Position numbers and translations under genes: made by a program | The notes under the pieces: model-generated | Told to the model about the DNA's origin: nothing | Databases searched by the model: none | What the model saw: only the letters and a program-made list of their open reading frames with translations | Assembly: GCA_950097015.1 (NCBI GenBank) | Contig: CATNEN010000031.1 | Coordinates: 806,001 to 870,000 of the forward strand | Direction of reading: 5' to 3' | Length of the DNA stretch: 64,000 nucleotides | Origin: Macrostomum hystrix | Taxonomy: Eukaryota > Animalia > Platyhelminthes | Shown: positions 59,309 to 64,000 of the stretch, one piece after another | Layout of the letters: each line of letters starts with the position of its first letter | Numbering within the stretch: position 1 is the stretch's first letter

Positions 59309-60852
59309 ATCACACAGATGAAATATCACAACAGTTCGTTATCTAAAATAGAAATAGCTTTCTTTTCATCTTGCGTATAAAATGTATTTAGAATGTTAAA
59401 ATAAAGCAGAATTTTCATTAAAAATGGAACGGAAATTAAACTCGTAGATTAGATGTCTAAAGACGAGCAAATATGAATGAAATGGTGTGTCCGGATAACG
59501 CTATTGTAGGAAATGATCCAGACAAAAATATATGTAAACTATGCTCGTATGCATAAATATTGCCTGTTGTGTCACTAAAATTTCCCAAAAGAAACATTGT
59601 TTGCTTTCAATGTGGAGAGCTGCAGGGGTAGAGCCGGAAAAGTGACAGCAGCAGCAGCAGCAGCAGCAGGATGCTGCTTGTTTTGTTTCCAATTCCACTT
59701 TGCCATTTTCATTTTGGCAGAACTGACACCCAGGCCATGCTCAAACGTGAGTCGGATGGAGAGGCAGGCGGGAGTACGCGGCTGATTTTTATGAGAGAGT
59801 TGCTGCACCAACATTGCCGGCGCACTGAAGGCGGAAGAGTGACAGGCGGGATTCCTGCTGCTGCTGCTTTGGCAAAATCTGCAACTGGCAATTCTGCGGC
59901 ATTGCTCAGCCGTCATTGCCGCTGCCATGCTTGATGCCGCTGCGCTGCAGGTGTGAAAATGGGAGCCCCCCTCCTTGTCCATCAGAACAAAGTGGGATAT
60001 TTCCTCTCGCTTTCTTTCATTCCGTGGGCCTCTCGCAGATCCCCCCAGTCTGGCGGGGAGGCTGTGTTGTTTCTTTCATAAAAAAACAGTTTTCTCAGCG
60101 CTGGCTGCGAGTTCCGGGAGGCATGTGGCGGCCATCCACCACCCCACTCCCCAACACCAAAAAGCTGCCTCATCACCCCTAGAAAAGCAATTGTTGCAGA
60201 CTCTGTTTTTCCTTTTTTGCTTCCTTCTTTCCCTTCCCACCTCTCCGCATATTTTCCCCAGTTTCCTATCCCCGGGCGCCAGGTCATCAGTCATCAGTGA
60301 TCTGCTGGTCCAGCCCCTCCCCACCCCACTCCCCAGCCGTAAAAGTGTCGGCAATTCGGTAGTGCGTAAAAGGATGCTGGACCAGCCACCGCAGGTCCCG
60401 CTGCTATTGGACAGCCGCGGCTCGCTGAGCTGAGCGCCCATTGGCGGTCGGGCTTGGCGGCCCGGCGGCGGGGTGGGCGGTGGGCGGGGCCGACTCAACA
60501 CAGGCCAGGTTTGGGGAACTGACATGAGCTGACATGAGCAGTTGTAGGTGTGTGGCCAGGTTAGGCACTTCGGCGGGGCGGGCAGCTGCTCAGGGTGTGA
60601 GGAGGGAGGTGGGGGCGGGTCTGAGACCGATTCGATTTGACAGCCGACCAACCGGCTCTCCCCTCTCATGCTCCACCCCGTCGGGCGGTCGGGCGCCCAA
60701 TTCGATTTCGTATTTAACAGGCGCGCCAGTGCTCACCATAGGGCCATCAACTCGAAATATTCGCGCTCAACCGCTGAGAAATATCTGCTCCGAGGCAACA
60801 CGGTTGAGGAAACTCGAACGATTCAACTCTATAGGCGCTCCCGGCTGAGCAA

Positions 60853-61618
60853 ATGAGCAGCTTGAAGTTCTCCATCGCTTCGCTGATTGACGATCGGGGA
60901 GGCGCTGCCGCAACCGAGGAGAGGGCCGGCAGACCTCCGCCATGCAAGATGGCTCGCCCGCTGCCGTCGCTGCCGCAGCCGCTGCCGCCAGTGCCGCCCC
61001 CTCCTCCGCCAACAGCGTCGCGTAAGGAGATCCCGGCGATGGTGACTTCAGCATCGGCTGGTCACAGCCATCACGGCAGACGAGGCGGATGCAGTAATGA
61101 CATTGGGGTACATCATCAGAACAATAACCATTACCATCATCAGCAGCAGCAGCAGCAGCAGCAGCTAGCCCGGTGCTTCCCTTGCTTCTCGACGGCCCCA
61201 ATCCTTCCGCCGTTTGCATCGGCGAGTCACGCGGCGTTGCTGGCCGCAGCAGCAGCCGCCGCCAACAGCGAATCGAAGCACCAGCGCCAGCTGCATCTGC
61301 CGACACCGCCGCCACCGCCGCCGGCTCTGATGATGTCACCTCAGTACCAGCAGCTGCTGGCCGCCTTCTTGCAGCAGCAGCAGCACCAGCATCAGCAGCA
61401 GCAGCATCAGGCTGCACTAGCGTCGTTACACCGGCAGCATCATCATCATCAGCAGCAGCATCAGTCAAGGCCGCAGCAGGTTTCGCAGTCTCAGCTTTTA
61501 AACGCCAGTCCTCCGCGAGGTACAGCTGCCGGGGCAAAGTTCGTCAAAGGGTCGGCATCGCTGCAGCCACTGCCGCTGCCAGTGCCGCTACCATTGACAC
61601 AGACCCTGCGTCAGCATA

Positions 61619-61653
<35 letters not shown>

Positions 61654-62325
61654 GTGTTGGAAGAGAGCAACGGCCAAACTGCAGAGAAGCCATCGCCAGA
61701 GATGAAGAGCGAGTAAGTTTATGCTTTATTATGCTCAGCAGCTGCACCTAACTCGGTGACTTCAGAAAAGCCCCGCTCATATTAAACTCGAACCTAAACC
61801 AACTCCCACAGCCGCGGGGAGGCTCAGTTCGTGGAGGACGCCGACAACTCTTCGAATCTGAGCGCCTCGCACGAGCGCGGCTCATCAGCCTCAGCCGCCA
61901 ACTTGTCCCTGTCGCGCCGATCCGAGTCGGCCGTCGAGGACGACGACGGCGAGGGCGACGACGATGAGGACCTGCGGGCAGTTGGGCCAGCGTCCGCTGA
62001 GGCTGCACCGACTGGCGCCGTTGAGGAAGTCGATGACGAAGAAGATCCCGACGAAGAGGATGAAGAACTCGAAGAGGACGAAGAAGACGATGAGGAAGAC
62101 GAGGACGAAGGCGACATCGGCCTGACGGCCGGCGGCGGTGACGATAGCAACGCCGACGACAGCGTCATCGGCAGCCGGGGCGATGGCAGCGGCGGCTCCT
62201 CTGGCGGCGTCAACAAGCAGGGGAAGACTTTTACCTGTCCGGAGTGCGGCAAGGTGTTCAACGCGCACTACAACCTCACCAGACACATGCCGGTGCACAC
62301 AGGGGCGCGGCCGTTCATCTGCAAG
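60853..62325 (+). CDS. fezf: Fez-family C2H2 zinc-finger transcription factor, 5' two exons (gene continues beyond the window)
   Basis: Exons 60853-61712 and 61812-62325 (GT-AG, phase 2). N-terminal eh1 motif LKFSIASLI. First finger [32 protein letters not shown] is essentially the diagnostic FEZF1/2 finger 1. Donor GTGAGT follows CK; the next fingers are not found before 64000. Confidence 0.92.
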
Positions 62326-64000
62326 GTGAGTTTTGTTGACTAGCCCGAAGGTTTTCATCGTCAGAAATTGTATTAGTTGAATTTCGGCTCGCTTTTTGCA
62401 GAGAAATTGGCTGGAAAGAAATTTGTTACAATATAGCGACATTATTGAATGCGTGGAAAGCCAGTCGAAAGTGATACAACTCGATGGAAATCGATTTTAC
62501 TCAATTCCGCTATTCCGTTAATTCGTTCGCTCATCTGCTGATGAAGGCAATTCGAATCCCGCACCTGTCCCAGTTTCCTGATTTTCGAATTTCCTTTGGC
62601 ATCGCGAGAAAATTGTCACCTGGCAATGGCGATTAGTTGCTAATTGGCTTCGATTTCTTCTGCAGAATTTTTTTGGGAAGCAGCTTAAGGCTCACCTATA
62701 TAATATAATCAGCGGAATTGAATTGTTTGAATCACTACTCAAGCAGTTCTCACGTCAGTTTCCTATTACGTGTATCAGCGAAATCGTTACACACACCTAT
62801 AAATACGCGTCGCCCTTATTAGCATGAACAAAATCAGTGTCTCTCTATTAATCAGCGGGTCTTTGATGGAAATCGGGGATTCGTGAAATCGATTTCTTTC
62901 GGCCATGGCTCGATCTATGGGACATCGCATGCAGCTATAGGATTCCTTTGGGCGGACACGCTACTCTCTGCTGGGGCTCTGCACGAATAAAAGACAAAAG
63001 TTTTTAGCCAATCATGCATTGCCACTTCCTTTGGTTGATGAAGCAAGTGTTAAGAGGAGCTGTCAGATGGCCCGGGTGAAAATATCTAATGTCTATATTT
63101 ATGAGCAGTTGGAGCCACTTTTTGGGTCTGTTTTGGGACCCGGTTGGCGATTCGCCAGCCAAGTGCTGCTCCCCCGGTTATTTTCCCGGTGGGAGTTCGC
63201 GCCGATTGTCTATGGCCACAGTTTACCTATATATATACCTGCAGTTGTTTGCGCATGTGCTATAGGTCCCGGTCTCGACGCCCCCTAGGGGAAAAAGCCC
63301 GCCCACTTAATCCCGCGGGTGATGCTCCCCAATTTAATGAGTTTTCCCCAGGCCAGACTACAATATAGGGCCTCAGACAGCAGGGATGTTCCGCTCCTCA
63401 GTCAGGGGTGGTGTTTTGTTGCTAAATGCCTCTCAGCGGGACTGTCTTGCGTCATCGTAATATACTCCCCTAGTGCAGTGTTTTGACAGCAGTTGTGCTT
63501 CTCTTATATGGAGCTCCCATATTCGATTGCACAAGCAACTGGCACCCTTTCGCAGCCTCCTCAGCTTAGCAACGCCTATCGCCAACACCCTTTTAGATAG
63601 GCCTGACAAGCCAGTTCTTGGACAATTGGGAGTGAGCAATTATTAATTTATGAAAGAGAAACCAATATGCATATACATGCAGTTGAATTTTGAATTGTTT
63701 TCATATTCCTGCGCGCCGCCGCTCTCAGCGATTCGAACCCCGGCACCTCAACCAGCCGAGTGAGTTCGCATTGAGCATTCTCAAGTGTGGAAGCCATGCA
63801 TCCAGCGAAATTGCTTGGCCCGCTTTTTCACTCATTTAAGACCCCAACAACGCGGTGCCCTCTCTGTTCTCTGCTCTGATTAGGATTTTTTCTAAATCGT
63901 TTGGCCTGCAAGCAAGCGCGCGCTGTGCCTGGTTTGGGATTTCTATTTTTACGGATTTCGGCGACAATTTTCTTTTTTTTCGGTCCACTTAAACTAAAGG

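Noticed and set aside
59575-60669. Minus-strand ORFs upstream of fezf as a divergent protein-coding gene
   Set aside because: Low-complexity GC-rich frames with no domain motifs or coherent splice path; more likely promoter or non-coding sequence.

Overview
Eukaryotic (invertebrate) genomic DNA. The short GT-AG introns, GC-rich exons and minisatellite-filled introns resemble a Macrostomum-type flatworm; this is inference, not shown by the sequence. Five spliced host genes were reconstructed by hand. (1) A 24-exon, ~1385-aa type I membrane receptor on the minus strand (11413-2699): signal peptide, two F-type-lectin (FTP/discoidin-fold) domains, one Cys-poor Ig-like domain, seven tandem nephrin/Kirre-like Ig domains, S/T stalk, TM helix and polyQ tail. 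(2) A C6orf136/DUF2358-like gene (minus, 19228-13781). (3) A complete 12-exon Nup210/gp210 gene (minus, 39508-22654, ~1965 aa). (4) A Crk-type SH2-SH3-SH3 adaptor gene (plus, 40171-42492), head-to-head with Nup210. (5) The 5' part of a Fezf zinc-finger gene (plus, from 60853) after an ~18-kb stretch with no supported CDS. Mobile DNA: a LINE 3' fragment, an internally deleted mariner, an apparently intact hAT transposon nested in a Merlin-like MITE in Nup210 intron 1, several other MITEs and a tRNA-derived SINE. About 25 distinct tandem arrays are present. The most striking observation is that in all seven Ig repeats of the receptor the canonical B-strand Cys is replaced by a hydrophobic residue and the C-strand Trp by Cys. 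This predicts seven C-F cross-strand disulfides of the kind known from CD4 domain 2, suggesting a possibly redox-switchable lectin-Ig receptor.
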